Part shown: positions 1-14,230 of the stretch, piece after piece | Numbering within the stretch: position 1 is the first letter of the stretch | How the letters are laid out: every line of letters begins with the position of its first letter | Assembly (NCBI RefSeq): GCF_009914755.1 | Contig: NC_060948.1 | Strand: one strand, 5' to 3' | DNA from: the human T2T-CHM13v2.0 reference genome, Homo sapiens | DNA length: 64,000 nt | The notes under the pieces: model-generated | Told to the model about the DNA's origin: nothing | Databases searched by the model: none | The model's input: only the letters and a program-made list of their open reading frames with translations | Program-made: the position numbers and the translations under genes

Positions 1-926
1 GGAATCGAACCACAAGGAATGGACAGGAATAGAATGGTCTCGAATTGAATGGAATCGTATGGAATGGCATCAAACGGAATGGAATGGACAGCCACGGAAT
101 GGAATGCACTCGAATGCAATGGAGTCGAAACTAATGGACTGGAATAGAATGGACTCGACTGGTACGGACTCCAATGGAATGGAGTCGAATGGAAGGGAAT
201 CGAACGGAATGGACTCGAAGGGAAAAGACTGCAATGGAAAGGTCTCGAATGGAATGGAAATTAATGGAATGGAATGGAATCGAATGAAATGGAGTCAAAA
301 GGAATGGAATCGAATGGCAAGAAATCGAATGTAATGGAATCGCAAGGAATTGATGTGAACGGAACGGAATGGAATGGAATCCAAAGGAATGGAATAGAAT
401 GGAATGGAATCGAATGGAAAGGACTCGAATGGAAATCACTCGAATAGAATGCAATTTAATAAAATAGGATCAAATGTAATGGAATGGAATGGAAAGGAAT
501 CGAAACGAAAGGAATGGAGACAGATGGAATGGAATGGAACAGAGAGCAATGGTATAGAATGGAATGGAATCATCTGGAATGGAATTGAATGGAATGGAAT
601 AATATGAAATGGAATGGAATGGAATGGAATGGAATGCCCTTGAATTAAATGGACAGGAATGGAATGGACTCGAACAGAGTGGAATGGAAAGTGTTGAGAT
701 AGAATGGAATGGACTCCTTTGGAATGGTGTAGTATGCAATGCAATCGACTGGCAGGGAATCAAAAGGAATGTAATGGAATGGATTGGACTGGAATGCAAT
801 GGACTCGAATAGATTGGAAACGGAATGCAAAGGAATGGAATGGAATAGTATGGAATGGAATGGAAAGGAATGGAGTGGAATAGACTAGAGTGGAATGGAA
901 TGGACTGGAAAGCAATGGACTGGAAT

Positions 927-941
927 GGAACTTTCTTGAAT
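927..941. promoter_or_regulatory. Perfect 3-unit heat-shock element motif (HSE 1; present in every unit)
   Basis: gGAAc tTTCt tGAAt matches nGAAnnTTCnnGAAn. Motif match only; binding is not shown. Confidence 0.55.
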
Positions 942-2378
942 GGACTGGAATCAAACGGAATGGAATGCAATGCAATCAAATGGCATGGAATAAAATAGAA
1001 TGAAAGAGAATCAAATGGAATTGAATCGAATGGAATCGAATGGATTGGAAAGGAATAGAATGGAATGGAATGGAATTGACTCAAATGGAATGGACTAGAA
1101 TGGAATGGATTCGAATGGAAGGCAAAGGAATGGAATCTATTGGAATGGACTGTAATGGAATGGAATGGAAGGGATTGGAATGGACTCGAATGGAATGGAC
1201 TGCAATAGAAAGGATTCGAATGGAATGAAAAAGAATTGAATGGAATAGAACAGAATGGAATCAAATCGAATGAAATGGAATGGAATAGAAAGAAATGGAA
1301 TGAAATGGAATGGAAAGGATTCGAATGGAATGCAATCGAATGGAATGGAATCGAACGGAATGGAATAAAATGGAAGAAAACTGGCAAGAAATGGAATCGA
1401 AATGAATGGAGTGTTATGGAACGGACTCAAAAGGAATTGAATGTAATAGAATGGAGTGGAGTGGACTCGAATATAATGGACTGGAATGGAATGAAATCAC
1501 AAGGAATGGGAACGAATGGAATGGAATGGAAAGGAATGGAATCGAATGGAAAGGAATCGAATGGAAGGGAATGAAATTGAATCAACAGGAATGGAAGGGA
1601 ATAGAATAGACGGTAATGGAATGGACTCGAATAGAATGGACACGAATGCTCAAATTGAATGGACTCGAATGGAATGGAAACGAAAGGAATGTCATCGAAT
1701 GGAATTGAATGGATTGGAATGAAATCGCATAGAATGGAGTGGAATCAAATGGAATTGAATCGAAAGGAAAGGAAGCGAATGGACTGAAATGAAATGGAAT
1801 GGAATTGAATGGAAAGTAATGCAATGGAATAGAATGGAACGAAATTTCACGGAATGGAATCAAACTGAATGGAATCAAATCAGTGGAATCAAATCAAATG
1901 GAATGGAAAGGAATTGAATGGAGTAGACTGGATTGGATGGGATTGGAATGAAATGTACTGGAAAGGACTCGAATTTCATGAAACGGAATGGAATGAATTG
2001 GAACGAATGGACTCGAATGGAATGGAATGTCATGGAATGGCATCAAATGGAATGGCATCAAATGGAATGGAATCGAATGCAATGGAATGCTATGGAATGG
2101 AATGGAATGCATTGGAATGGAATGTCCTGTAATGGAATGGATTCGAGTGGAATGGAATCGAATATAATGGAGTCGAATGAAATGGAATTGAAAGGAGTGG
2201 GATCGAATACAATGGAATATACTGGAATGTAATGTAATGAACTCGAATGTAATTGACTGGAATGGAATGTACATGAATGGAATGTAATCGAATGGAAAGT
2301 AATCCAATGGAATAGAATCTAATGCAATAAAACCGACTCAGATAGAGTAGAATGTAATGGAATGGAGTGCAGTGCAAT

Positions 2379-2463
2379 GGAATGGAATGGAATGGAATGC
2401 AATGGAATGGAATGGAATGGAATGGAATGGAATGGAATGGAATGGGATGGAATGGGATGGAAT
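2379..2463 (+). repeat. Near-pure (GGAAT)n microsatellite-like tract inside the unit; length-variable between units
   Basis: Longest run of near-perfect GGAAT, lying between GTGCAGTGCAAT and GGATAGTAAT. Confidence 0.85.
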
Positions 2464-2672
2464 GGATAGTAATGGACTGGAGTGAAATGGACTGGAAAGG
2501 AATGGACTCAAATTGAAAGGGCTCGAAAGGAATGGAGTCAAATGGAATGGTCTGGAATGGAATGAACACGAATGTAATGCAATCCAATAGAATGGAATCG
2601 AATGGCATGGAATATAAAGAAATGGAATCGAAGAGAATGGAAACAAATGGAATGGAATTGAATGGAATGGAA

Positions 2673-2826
2673 TTGAATGGAATGGGAACGAATGGAGTGA
2701 AATTGTATGCAGTAGAAGGGAATAGAATGGAATGCAAGCGAAAGGAAAGGAATGGATTGGAATGGAATGGAATTCATTGGAATGGAAGGGAATGTAGTGT
2801 AATGGACAGGCCTGGAATAAAGTGGA
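2673..2826. other. Diagnostic DYZ1 segment: classical Y-sexing PCR target containing the unit's EcoRI (2770-2775) and StuI/HaeIII (2808-2813) sites
   Basis: TTGAATGGAATGGGAACGAATGG at 2673-2695 and GGACAGGCCTGGAATAAAGTGGA at 2804-2826 match my recollection of the Y1.2 and Y1.1 primers and give a 154-bp product. Recalled, not looked up. Confidence 0.85.
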
Positions 2827-3183
2827 ATGCTACGGTCTCGAATGGAATAAAAATGTATGGAATGGAATGCAATGAAACGGAATCGAATGTCATAGAATGT
2901 AATGGAATGCAAAAAAATGGAATCCAAAATCATTGACTGGAAAGGCTGGGTGTCGAAAGGAATTGACTCCAATGGAATGGAATCGAATGGAATGGAAGTG
3001 AATAGAATCGAACTAAATCGAATGGAATGGAATTGATAGGAACGGAATGGAAAGGAATGCAATGATTTGGCATGGAATGGAATCGAATGGCATCGAATGG
3101 AATGGAATGGAATGCAATGGAATGGAATGTATTAGAATGTAATGAACTTTAATGGAATGTACTCGAATGGATTCGACTGGAAT

Positions 3184-3198
3184 GGAATGTTCTGGAAG
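3184..3198. promoter_or_regulatory. Perfect 3-unit heat-shock element motif (HSE 2; present in every unit)
   Basis: gGAAt gTTCt gGAAg matches nGAAnnTTCnnGAAn. Motif match only. Confidence 0.55.
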
Positions 3199-3463
3199 TG
3201 AATGGACTCCAATGGAATGGATTCAAAAGGAATGGAATCGTACGGAATGGAATCTAATGGAATGGAATTAAATGGAAATGAATCAAATTGAATAGCACGG
3301 AATTGAATTGAATGGAATGGAATGCAATGGAATCTAATGAAACGGAAAGGAAAGGAATGGAATGGAATGGAATGGGCTGGAATGGAAAGGAATCGAAACG
3401 AATGGAATGGAATCGAACTGAAGAGACTGGAATGGAATGCACTGGAATGGAAGGGAGTGTAAT

Positions 3464-3478
3464 GGAAGGTTCTCGAAA
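3464..3478. promoter_or_regulatory. Perfect 3-unit heat-shock element motif (HSE 3; present in every unit)
   Basis: gGAAg gTTCt cGAAa matches nGAAnnTTCnnGAAn. Motif match only. Confidence 0.55.
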
Positions 3479-3563
3479 AAAATGGAATCGAATGGAATGG
3501 AATTGAATGGAACGGAATAGAGTCGAATGGAATTGAATGGAATGGAATGGACTAGAGTGAAAT

Positions 3564-6500
3564 GGAATCGAACCACAAGGAATGGACAGGAATAGAATGG
3601 TCTCGAATTGAATGGAATCGTATGGAATGGCATCAAACGGAATGGAATGGACAGCCACGGAATGGAATGCACTCGAATGCAATGGAGTCGAAACTAATGG
3701 ACTGGAATAGAATGGACTCGACTGGTACGGACTCCAATGGAATGGAATCGAATGGAAGGGAATCGAACGGAATGGACTCGAAGGGAAAAGACTGCAATGG
3801 AAAGGTCTCGAATGGAATGGAAATTAATGGAATGGAATGGAATCGAATGAAATGGAGTCAAAAGGAATGGAATGGAATGGCAAGAAATCGAATGTAATGG
3901 AATCGCAAGGAATTGATGTGAACGGAACGGAATGGAATGGAATCCAAAGGAATGGAATAGAATGGAATGGAATCGAATGGAAAGGACTCGAATGGAAATC
4001 ACTCGAATAGAATGCAATTTAATAAAATAGGATCAAATGTAATGGAATGGAATGGAAAGGAATCGAAACGAAAGGAATGGAGACAGATGGAATGGAATGG
4101 AACAGAGAGCAATGGTATAGAATGGAATGGAATCATCTGGAATGGAATTGAATGGAATGGAATAATATGAAATGGAATGGAATGGAATGGAATGGAATGC
4201 CCTTGAATTAAATGGACTGGAATGGAATGGACTCGAACAGAGTGGAATGGAAAGTGTTGAGATAGAATGGAATGGACTCCTTTGGAATGGTGTAGTATGC
4301 AATGCAATCGACTGGCAGGGAATCAAAAGGAATGTAATGGAATGGATTGGACTGGAATGCAATGGACTCGAATAGATTGGAAACGGAATGCAAAGGAATG
4401 GAATGGAATAGTATGGAATGGAATGGAAAGGAATGGAGTGGAATAGACTAGAGTGGAATGGAATGGACTGGAAAGCAATGGACTGGAATGGAACTTTCTT
4501 GAATGGACTGGAATCAAACGGAATGGAATGCAATGCAATCAAATGGCATGGAATAAAATAGAATGAAAGAGAATCAAATGGAATTGAATCGAATGGAATC
4601 GAATGGATTGGAAAGGAATAGAATGGAATGGAATGGAATGGACTAGAATGGAATGGATTCGAATGGAAGGCAAAGGAATGGAATCTATTGGAATGGACTG
4701 TAATGGAATGGAATGGAAGGGATTGGAATGGACTCGAATGGAATGGACTGCAATAGAAAGGATTCGAATGGAATGAAAAAGAATTGAATGGAATAGAACA
4801 GAATGGAATCAAATCGAATGAAATGGAATGGAATAGAAAGGAATGGAATGAAATGGAATGGAAAGGATTCGAATGGAATGCAATCGAATGGAATGGAATC
4901 GAACGGAATGGAATAAAATGGAAGAAAACTGGCAAGAAATGGAATCGAAATGAATGGAGTGTTATGGAACGGACTCAAAAGGAATTGAATGTAATAGAAT
5001 GGAGTGGAGTGGACTCGAATATAATGGACTGGAATGGAATGAAATCACATGGAATGGGAACGAATGGAATGGAATGGAAAGGAATGGAATCGAATGGAAA
5101 GGAATCGAATGGAAGGGAATGAAATTGAATCAACAGGAATGGAAGGGAATAGAATAGACGGTAATGGAATGGACTCGAATAGAATGGACACGAATGCTGA
5201 AATTGAATGGACTCGAATGGAATGGAAACGAAAGGAATGTCATCGAATGGAATTGAATCGATTGGAATGAAATCGCATAGAATGGAGTGGAATCAAATGG
5301 AATTGAATCGAAAGGAAAGGAAGCGAATGGACTGAAATGAAATGGAATGGAATTGAATGGAAAGTAATGCAATGGAATAGAATGGAACGAAATTTCACGG
5401 AATGGAATCAAACTGAATGGAATCAAATCAATGGAATCAAATCAAATGGAATGGAAAGGAATTGAATGGAGTAGATTGGATTGGATGGGATTGGAATGAA
5501 ATGTACTGGAAAGGACTCGAATTTCATGAAACGGAATGGAATGAATTGGAACGGAATGGACTCGAATGGAATGGAATGTCATGGAATGGCATCAAATGGA
5601 ATGGCATCAAATGGAATGGAATCGAATGCAATGGAATGCTATGGAATGGAATGGAATGCATTGGAATGGAATGTCCTCTAATGGAATGGATTCGAGTGGA
5701 ATGGAATCGAATATAATGGAGTCGAATGAAATGGAATTGAAAGGAGTGGGATCGAATACAATGGAATATACTGGAATGTAATGTAATGAACTCGAATGTA
5801 ATTGACTGGAATGGAATGTACATGAATGGAATGTAATCGAATGGAAAGTAATCCAATGGAATAGAATCTAATGCAATAAAACCGACTCAGATAGAGTAGA
5901 ATGTAATGGAATGGAGTGCAGTGCAATGGAATGGAATGGAATGGAATGCAATGGAATGGAAAGGAATGGAATGGAATGGAATGGAATGGAATGGAATGGG
6001 ATGGAATGGGATGGAATGGATAGTAATGGACTGGAGTGAAATGGACTGGAAAGGAATGGACTCAAATTGAAAGGGCTCGAAAGGAATGGAGTCAAATGGA
6101 ATGGTCTGGAATGGAATGAACACGAATGTAATGCAATCCAATAGAATGGAATCGAATGGCATGGAATATAAAGAAATGGAATCGAAGAGAATGGAAACAA
6201 ATGGAATGGAATTGAATGGAATGGAATTGAATGGAATGGGAACGAATGGAGTGAAATTGTATGCAGTAGAAGGGAATAGAATGGAATGCAAGCGAAAGGA
6301 AAGGAATGGATTGGAATGGAATGGAATTCATTGGAATGGAAGGGAATGTAGTGTAATGGACAGGCCTGGAATAAAGTGGAATGCTACGGTCTCGAATGGA
6401 ATAAAAATGTATGGAATGGAATGCAATGAAACGGAATCGAATGTCATAGAATGTAATGGAATGCAAAAAAATGGAATCCAAAATCATTGACTGGAAAGGC

Positions 6501-7117
6501 TGGGTGTCGAAAGGAATTGACTCCAATGGAATGGAATCGAATGGAATGGAAGTGAATAGAATCGAACTAAATCGAATGGAATGGAATTGATAGGAACGGA
6601 ATGGAAAGGAATGCAATGATTTGGCATGGAATGGAATCGAATGGCATCGAATGGAATGGAATGGAATGCAATGGAATGGAATGTATTAGAATGTAATGAA
6701 CTTTAATGGAATGTACTCGAATGGATTCGACTGGAATGGAATGTTCTGGAAGTGAATGGACTCCAATGGAATGGATTCAAAAGGAATGGAATCGTACGGA
6801 ATGGAATCTAATGGAATGGAATTAAATGGAAATGAATCAAATTGAATAGCACGGAATTGAATTGAATGGAATGGAATGCAATGGAATCTAATGAAACGGA
6901 AAGGAAAGGAATGGAATGGAATGGAATGGGCTGGAATGGAAAGGAATCGAAACGAATGGAATGGAATCGAACTGAAGAGACTGGAATGGAATGCACTGGA
7001 ATGGAAGGGAGTGTAATGGAAGGTTCTCGAAAAAAATGGAATCGAATGGAATGGAATTGAATGGAACGGAATAGAGTCGAATGGAATTGAATGGAATGGA
7101 ATGGACTAGAGTGAAAT
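3564..7117 (+). repeat. DYZ1 unit 2 (3554 bp)
   Basis: Landmark spacing; 15-bp deletion near 4635 and +5 bp in the central tract. Confidence 0.93.
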
Positions 7118-10100
7118 GGAATCGAACCACAAGGAATGGACAGGAATAGAATGGTCTCGAATTGAATGGAATCGTATGGAATGGCATCAAACGGAATGGA
7201 ATGGACAGCCACGGAATGGAATGCACTCGAATGCAATGGAGTCGAAACTAATGGACTGGAATAGAATGGACTCGACTGGTACGGACTCCAATGGAATGGA
7301 ATCGAATGGAAGGGAATCGAACGGAATGGACTCGAAGGGAAAAGACTGCAATGGAAAGGTCTCGAATGGAATGGAAATTAATGGAATGGAATGGAATCGA
7401 ATGAAATGGAGTCAAAAGGAATGGAATGGAATGGCAAGAAATCGAATGTAATGGAATCGCAAGGAATTGATGTGAACGGAACGGAATGGAATGGAATCCA
7501 AAGGAATGGAATAGAATGGAATGGAATCGAATGGAAAGGACTCGAATGGAAATCACTCGAATAGAATGCAATTTAATAAAATAGGATCAAATGTAATGGA
7601 ATGGAATGGAAAGGAATCGAAACGAAAGGAATGGAGACAGATGGAATGGAATGGAACAGAGAGCAATGGTATAGAATGGAATGGAATCATCTGGAATGGA
7701 ATTGAATGGAATGGAATAATATGAAATGGAATGGAATGGAATGGAATGGAATGCCCTTGAATTAAATGGACTGGAATGGAATGGACTCGAACAGAGTGGA
7801 ATGGAAAGTGTTGAGATAGAATGGAATGGACTCCTTTGGAATGGTGTAGTATGCAATGCAATCGACTGGCAGGGAATCAAAAGGAATGTAATGGAATGGA
7901 TTGGACTGGAATGCAATGGACTCGAATAGATTGGAAACGGAATGCAAAGGAATGGAATGGAATAGTATGGAATGGAATGGAAAGGAATGGAGTGGAATAG
8001 ACTAGAGTGGAATGGAATGGACTGGAAAGCAATGGACTGGAATGGAACTTTCTTGAATGGACTGGAATCAAACGGAATGGAATGCAATGCAATCAAATGG
8101 CATGGAATAAAATAGAATGAAAGAGAATCAAATGGAATTGAATCGAATGGAATCGAATGGATTGGAAAGGAATAGAATGGAATGGAATGGAATGGACTAG
8201 AATGGAATGGATTCGAATGGAAGGCAAAGGAATGGAATCTATTGGAATGGACTGTAATGGAATGGAATGGAAGGGATTGGAATGGACTCGAATGGAATGG
8301 ACTGCAATAGAAAGGATTCGAATGGAATGAAAAAGAATTGAATGGAATAGAACAGAATGGAATCAAATCGAATGAAATGGAATGGAATAGAAAGGAATGG
8401 AATGAAATGGAATGGAAAGGATTCGAATGGAATGCAATCGAATGGAATGGAATCGAACGGAATGGAATAAAATGGAAGAAAACTGGCAAGAAATGGAATC
8501 GAAATGAATGGAGTGTTATGGAACGGACTCAAAAGGAATTGAATGTAATAGAATGGAGTGGAGTGGACTCGAATATAATGGACTGGAATGGAATGAAATC
8601 ACATGGAATGGGAACGAATGGAATGGAATGGAAAGGAATGGAATCGAATGGAAAGGAATCGAATGGAAGGGAATGAAATTGAATCAACAGGAATGGAAGG
8701 GAATAGAATAGACGGTAATGGAATGGACTCGAATAGAATGGACACGAATGCTGAAATTGAATGGACTCGAATGGAATGGAAACGAAAGGAATGTCATCGA
8801 ATGGAATTGAATCGATTGGAATGAAATCGCATAGAATGGAGTGGAATCAAATGGAATTGAATCGAAAGGAAAGGAAGCGAATGGACTGAAATGAAATGGA
8901 ATGGAATTGAATGGAAAGTAATGCAATGGAATAGAATGGAACGAAATTTCACGGAATGGAATCAAACTGAATGGAATCAAATCAATGGAATCAAATCAAA
9001 TGGAATGGAAAGGAATTGAATGGAGTAGATTGGATTGGATGGGATTGGAATGAAATGTACTGGAAAGGACTCGAATTTCATGAAACGGAATGGAATGAAT
9101 TGGAACGGAATGGACTCGAATGGAATGGAATGTCATGGAATGGCATCAAATGGAATGGCATCAAATGGAATGGAATCGAATGCAATGGAATGCTATGGAA
9201 TGGAATGGAATGCATTGGAATGGAATGTCCTCTAATGGAATGGATTCGAGTGGAATGGAATCGAATATAATGGAGTCGAATGAAATGGAATTGAAAGGAG
9301 TGGGATCGAATACAATGGAATATACTGGAATGTAATGTAATGAACTCGAATGTAATTGACTGGAATGGAATGTACATGAATGGAATGTAATCGAATGGAA
9401 AGTAATCCAATGGAATAGAATCTAATGCAATAAAACCGACTCAGATAGAGTAGAATGTAATGGAATGGAGTGCAGTGCAATGGAATGGAATGGAATGGAA
9501 TGCAATGGAATGGAAAGGAATGGAATGGAATGGAATGGAATGGAATGGAATGGGATGGAATGGGATGGAATGGATAGTAATGGACTGGAGTGAAATGGAC
9601 TGGAAAGGAATGGACTCAAATTGAAAGGGCTCGAAAGGAATGGAGTCAAATGGAATGGTCTGGAATGGAATGAACACGAATGTAATGCAATCCAATAGAA
9701 TGGAATCGAATGGCATGGAATATAAAGAAATGGAATCGAAGAGAATGGAAACAAATGGAATGGAATTGAATGGAATGGAATTGAATGGAATGGGAACGAA
9801 CGGAGTGAAATTGTATGCAGTAGAAGGGAATAGAATGGAATGCAAGCGAAAGGAAAGGAATGGATTGGAATGGAATGGAATTCATTGGAATGGAAGGGAA
9901 TGTAGTGTAATGGACAGGCCTGGAATAAAGTGGAATGCTACGGTCTCGAATGGAATAAAAATGTATGGAATGGAATGCAATGAAACGGAATCGAATGTCA
10001 TAGAATGTAATGGAATGCAAAAAAATGGAATCCAAAATCATTGACTGGAAAGGCTGGGTGTCGAAAGGAATTGACTCCAATGGTATGGAATAGAATGGAA

Positions 10101-10671
10101 TGGAAGTGAATAGAATCGAACTAAATCGAATGGAATGGAATTGATAGGAACGGAATGGAAAGGAATGCAATGATTTGGCATGGAATGGAATCGAATGGCA
10201 TCGAATGGAATGGAATGGAATGCAATGGAATGGAATGTATTAGAATGTAATGAACTTTAATGGAATGTACTCGAATGGATTCGACTGGAATGGAATGTTC
10301 TGGAAGTGAATGGACTCCAATGGAATGGATTCAAAAGGAATGGAATCGTACGGAATGGAATCTAATGGAATGGAATTAAATGGAAATGAATCAAATTGAA
10401 TAGCACGGAATTGAATTGAATGGAATGGAATGCAATGGAATCTAATGAAACGGAAAGGAAAGGAATGGAATGGAATGGAATGGGCTGGAATGGAAAGGAA
10501 TCGAAACGAATGGAATGGAATCGAACTGAAGAGACTGGAATGGAATGCACTGGAATGGAAGGGAGTGTAATGGAAGGTTCTCGAAAAAAATGGAATCGAA
10601 TGGAATGGAATTGAATGGAACGGAATAGAGTCGAATGGAATTGAATGGAATGGAATGGACTAGAGTGAAAT
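7118..10671 (+). repeat. DYZ1 unit 3 (3554 bp)
   Basis: Landmark spacing; nearly identical to unit 2. Confidence 0.93.
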
Positions 10672-13600
10672 GGAATCGAACCACAAGGAATGGACAGGAA
10701 TAGAATGGTCTCGAATTGAATGGAATCGTATGGAATGGCATCAAACGGAATGGAATGGACAGCCACGGAATGGAATGCACTCGAATGCAATGGAGTCGAA
10801 ACTAATGGACTGGAATAGAATGGACTCGACTGGTACGGACTCCAATGGAATGGAATCGAATGGAAGGGAATCGAACGGAATGGACTCGAAGGGAAAAGAC
10901 TGCAATGGAAAGGTCTCGAATGGAATGGAAATTAATGGAATGGAATGGAATCGAATGAAATGGAGTCAAAAGGAATGGAATCGAATGGCAAGAAATCGAA
11001 TGTAATGGAATCGCAAGGAATTGATGTGAACGGAACGGAATGGAATGGAATCCAAAGGAATGGAATAGAATGGAATGGAATCGAATGGAAAGGACTCGAA
11101 TGGAAATCACTCGAATAGAATGCAATTTAATAAAATAGGATCAAATGTAATGGAATGGAATGGAAAGGAATCGAAACGAAAGGAATGGAGACAGATGGAA
11201 TGGAATGGAACAGAGAGCAATGGTATAGAATGGAATGGAATCATCTGGAATGGAATTGAATGGAATGGAATAATATGAAATGGAATGGAATGGAATGGAA
11301 TGGAATGCCCTTGAATTAAATGGACTGGAATGGAATGGACTCGAACAGAGTGGAATGGAAAGTGTTGAGATAGAATGCAATGGACTCCTTTGGAATGGTG
11401 TAGTATGCAATGCAATCGACTGGCAGGGAATCAAAAGGAATGTAATCGAATGGATTGGACTGGAATGCAATGGACTCGAATAGATTGGAAACGGAATGCA
11501 AAGGAATGGAATGGAATAGTATGGAATGGAATGGAAAGGAATGGAGTGGAATAGACTAGAGTGGAATGGAATGGACTGGAAAGCAATGGACTGGAATGGA
11601 ACTTTCTTGAATGGACTGGAATCAAACGGAATGGAATGCAATGCAATCAAATGGCATGGAATAAAATAGAATGAAAGAGAATCAAATGGAATTGAATCGA
11701 ATGGAATCGAATGGATTGGAAAGGAATAGAATGGAATGGAATGGAATGGACTAGAATGGAATGGATTCGAATGGAAGGCAAAGGAATGGAATCTATTGGA
11801 ATGGACTGTAATGGAATGGAATGGAAGGGATTGGAATGGACTCGAATGGAATGGACTGCAATAGAAAGGATTCGAATGGAATGAAAAAGAATTGAATGGA
11901 ATAGAACAGAATGGAATCAAATCGAATGAAATGGAATAGAATAGAAAGGAATGGAATGAAATGGAATGGAAAGGATTCGAATGGAATGCAATCGAATGGA
12001 ATGGAATCGAACAGAATGGAATAAAATGGAAGAAAACTGGCAAGAAATGGAATCGAAATGAATGGAGTGTTATGGAACGGACTCAAAAGGAATTGAATGT
12101 AATAGAATGGAGTGGAGTGGACTCGAATATAATGGACTGGAATGGAATGAAATCACATGGAATGGGAACGAATGGAATGGAATGGAAAGGAATGGAATCG
12201 AATGGAAAGGAATCGAATGGAAGGGAATGAAATTGAATCAACAGGAATGGAAGGGAATAGAATAGACGGTAATGGAATGGACTCGAATAGAATGGACACG
12301 AATGCTGAAATTGAATGGACTCGAATGGAATGGAAACGAAAGGAATGTCATCGAATGGAATTGAATCGATTGGAATGAAATCGCATAGAATGGAGTGGAA
12401 TCAAATGGAATTGAATCGAAAGGAAAGGAAGCGAATGGACTGAAATGAAATGGAATGGAATTGAATGGAAAGTAATGCAATGGAATAGAATGGAACGAAA
12501 TTTCACGGAATGGAATCAAACTGAATGGAATCAAATCAATGGAATCAAATCAAATGGAATGGAAAGGAATTGAATGGAGTAGATTGGATTGGATGGGATT
12601 GGAATGAAATGTACTGGAAACGACTCGAATTTCATGAAACGGAATGGAATGAATTGGAACGGAATGGACTCGAATGGAATGGAATGTCATGGAATGGCAT
12701 CAAATGGAATGGCATCAAATGGAATGGAATCGAATGCAATGGAATGCTATGGAATGGAATGGAATGCATTGGAATGGAATGTCCTCTAATGGAATGGATT
12801 CGAGTGGAATGGAATCGAATATAATGGAGTCGAATGAAATGGAATTGAAAGGAGTGGGATCGAATACAATGGAATATACTGGAATGTAATGTAATGAACT
12901 CGAATGTAATTGACTGGAATGGAATGTACATGAATGGAATGTAATCGAATGGAAAGTAATCCAATGGAATAGAATCTAATGCAATAAAACCGACTCAGAT
13001 AGAGTAGAATGTAATGGAATGGAGTGCAGTGCAATGGAACGGAAAGGAATGGAATGCAATGGAATGGAAAGGAATGGAATGGAATGGAATGGAATGGAAT
13101 GGAATGGAATGGGATGGAATGGGATGGAATGGATAGTAATGGACTGGAGTGAAATGGACTGGAAAGGAATGGACTCAAATTGAAAGGGCTCGAAAGGAAT
13201 GGAGTCAAATGGAATGGTCTGGAATGGAATGAACACGAATGTAATGCAATCCAATAGAATGGAATCGAATGGCATGGAATATAAAGAAATGGAATCGAAG
13301 AGAATGGAAACAAATGGAATGGAATTGAATGGAATGGAATTGAATGGAATGGGAACGAATGGAGTGAAATTGTATGCAGTAGAAGGGAATAGAATGGAAT
13401 GCAAGCGAAAGGAAAGGAATGGATTGGAATGGAATGGAATTCATTGGAATGGAAGGGAATGTAGTGTAATGGACAGGCCTGGAATAAAGTGGAATGCTAC
13501 GGTCTCGAATGGAATAAAAATGTATGGAATGGAATGCAATGAAACGGAATCGAATGTCATAGAATGTAATGGAATGCAAAAAAATGGAATCCAAAATCAT

Positions 13601-14230
13601 TGACTGGAAAGGCTGGGTGTCGAAAGGAATTGACTCCAATGGTATGGAATCGAATGGAATGGAAGTGAATAGAATCGAACTAAATCGAATGGAATGGAAT
13701 TGATAGGAACGGAATGGAAAGGAATGCAATGATTTGGCATGGAATGGAATCGAATGGCATCGAATGGAATGGAATGGAATGCAATGGAATGGAATGTATT
13801 AGAATGTAATGAACTTTAATGGAATGTACTCGAATGGATTCGACTGGAATGGAATGTTCTGGAAGTGAATGGACTCCAATGGAATGGATTCAAAAGGAAT
13901 GGAATCGTACGGAATGGAATCTAATGGAATGGAATTAAATGGAAATGAATCAAATTGAATAGCACGGAATTGAATTGAATGGAATGGAATGCAATGGAAT
14001 CTAATGAAACGGAAAGGAAAGGAATGGAATGGAATGGAATGGGCTGGAATGGAAAGGAATCGAAACGAATGGAATGGAATCGAACTGAAGAGACTGGAAT
14101 GGAATGCACTGGAATGGAAGGGAGTGTAATGGAAGGTTCTCGAAAAAAATGGAATCGAATGGAATGGAATTGAATGGAACGGAATAGAGTCGAATGGAAT
14201 TGAATGGAATGGAATGGACTAGAGTGAAAT
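10672..14230 (+). repeat. DYZ1 unit 4 (3559 bp)
   Basis: Landmark spacing; carries the 15-bp deletion, +10 bp in the central tract. Confidence 0.93.

Larger units (their letters stand above)
1..3563 (+). repeat. DYZ1 unit 1 (3563 bp)
   Basis: Landmark spacing; 3564-bp form with a private 1-bp deletion near 2004 (gaacgaatgg). Confidence 0.93.

Noticed and set aside
1846-1983. GAS-like TTCACGGAA (~1846) and palindrome TTTCATGAAA (~1974)
   Set aside because: Each is a single short match per unit in a GAA-saturated background, plausible by chance. The second provides only two HSE half-sites.
458-2851. Several AATAAA hexamers per unit as polyadenylation signals
   Set aside because: They arise easily from GGAAT followed by an AAA-variant pentamer, and no supporting gene structure is present.
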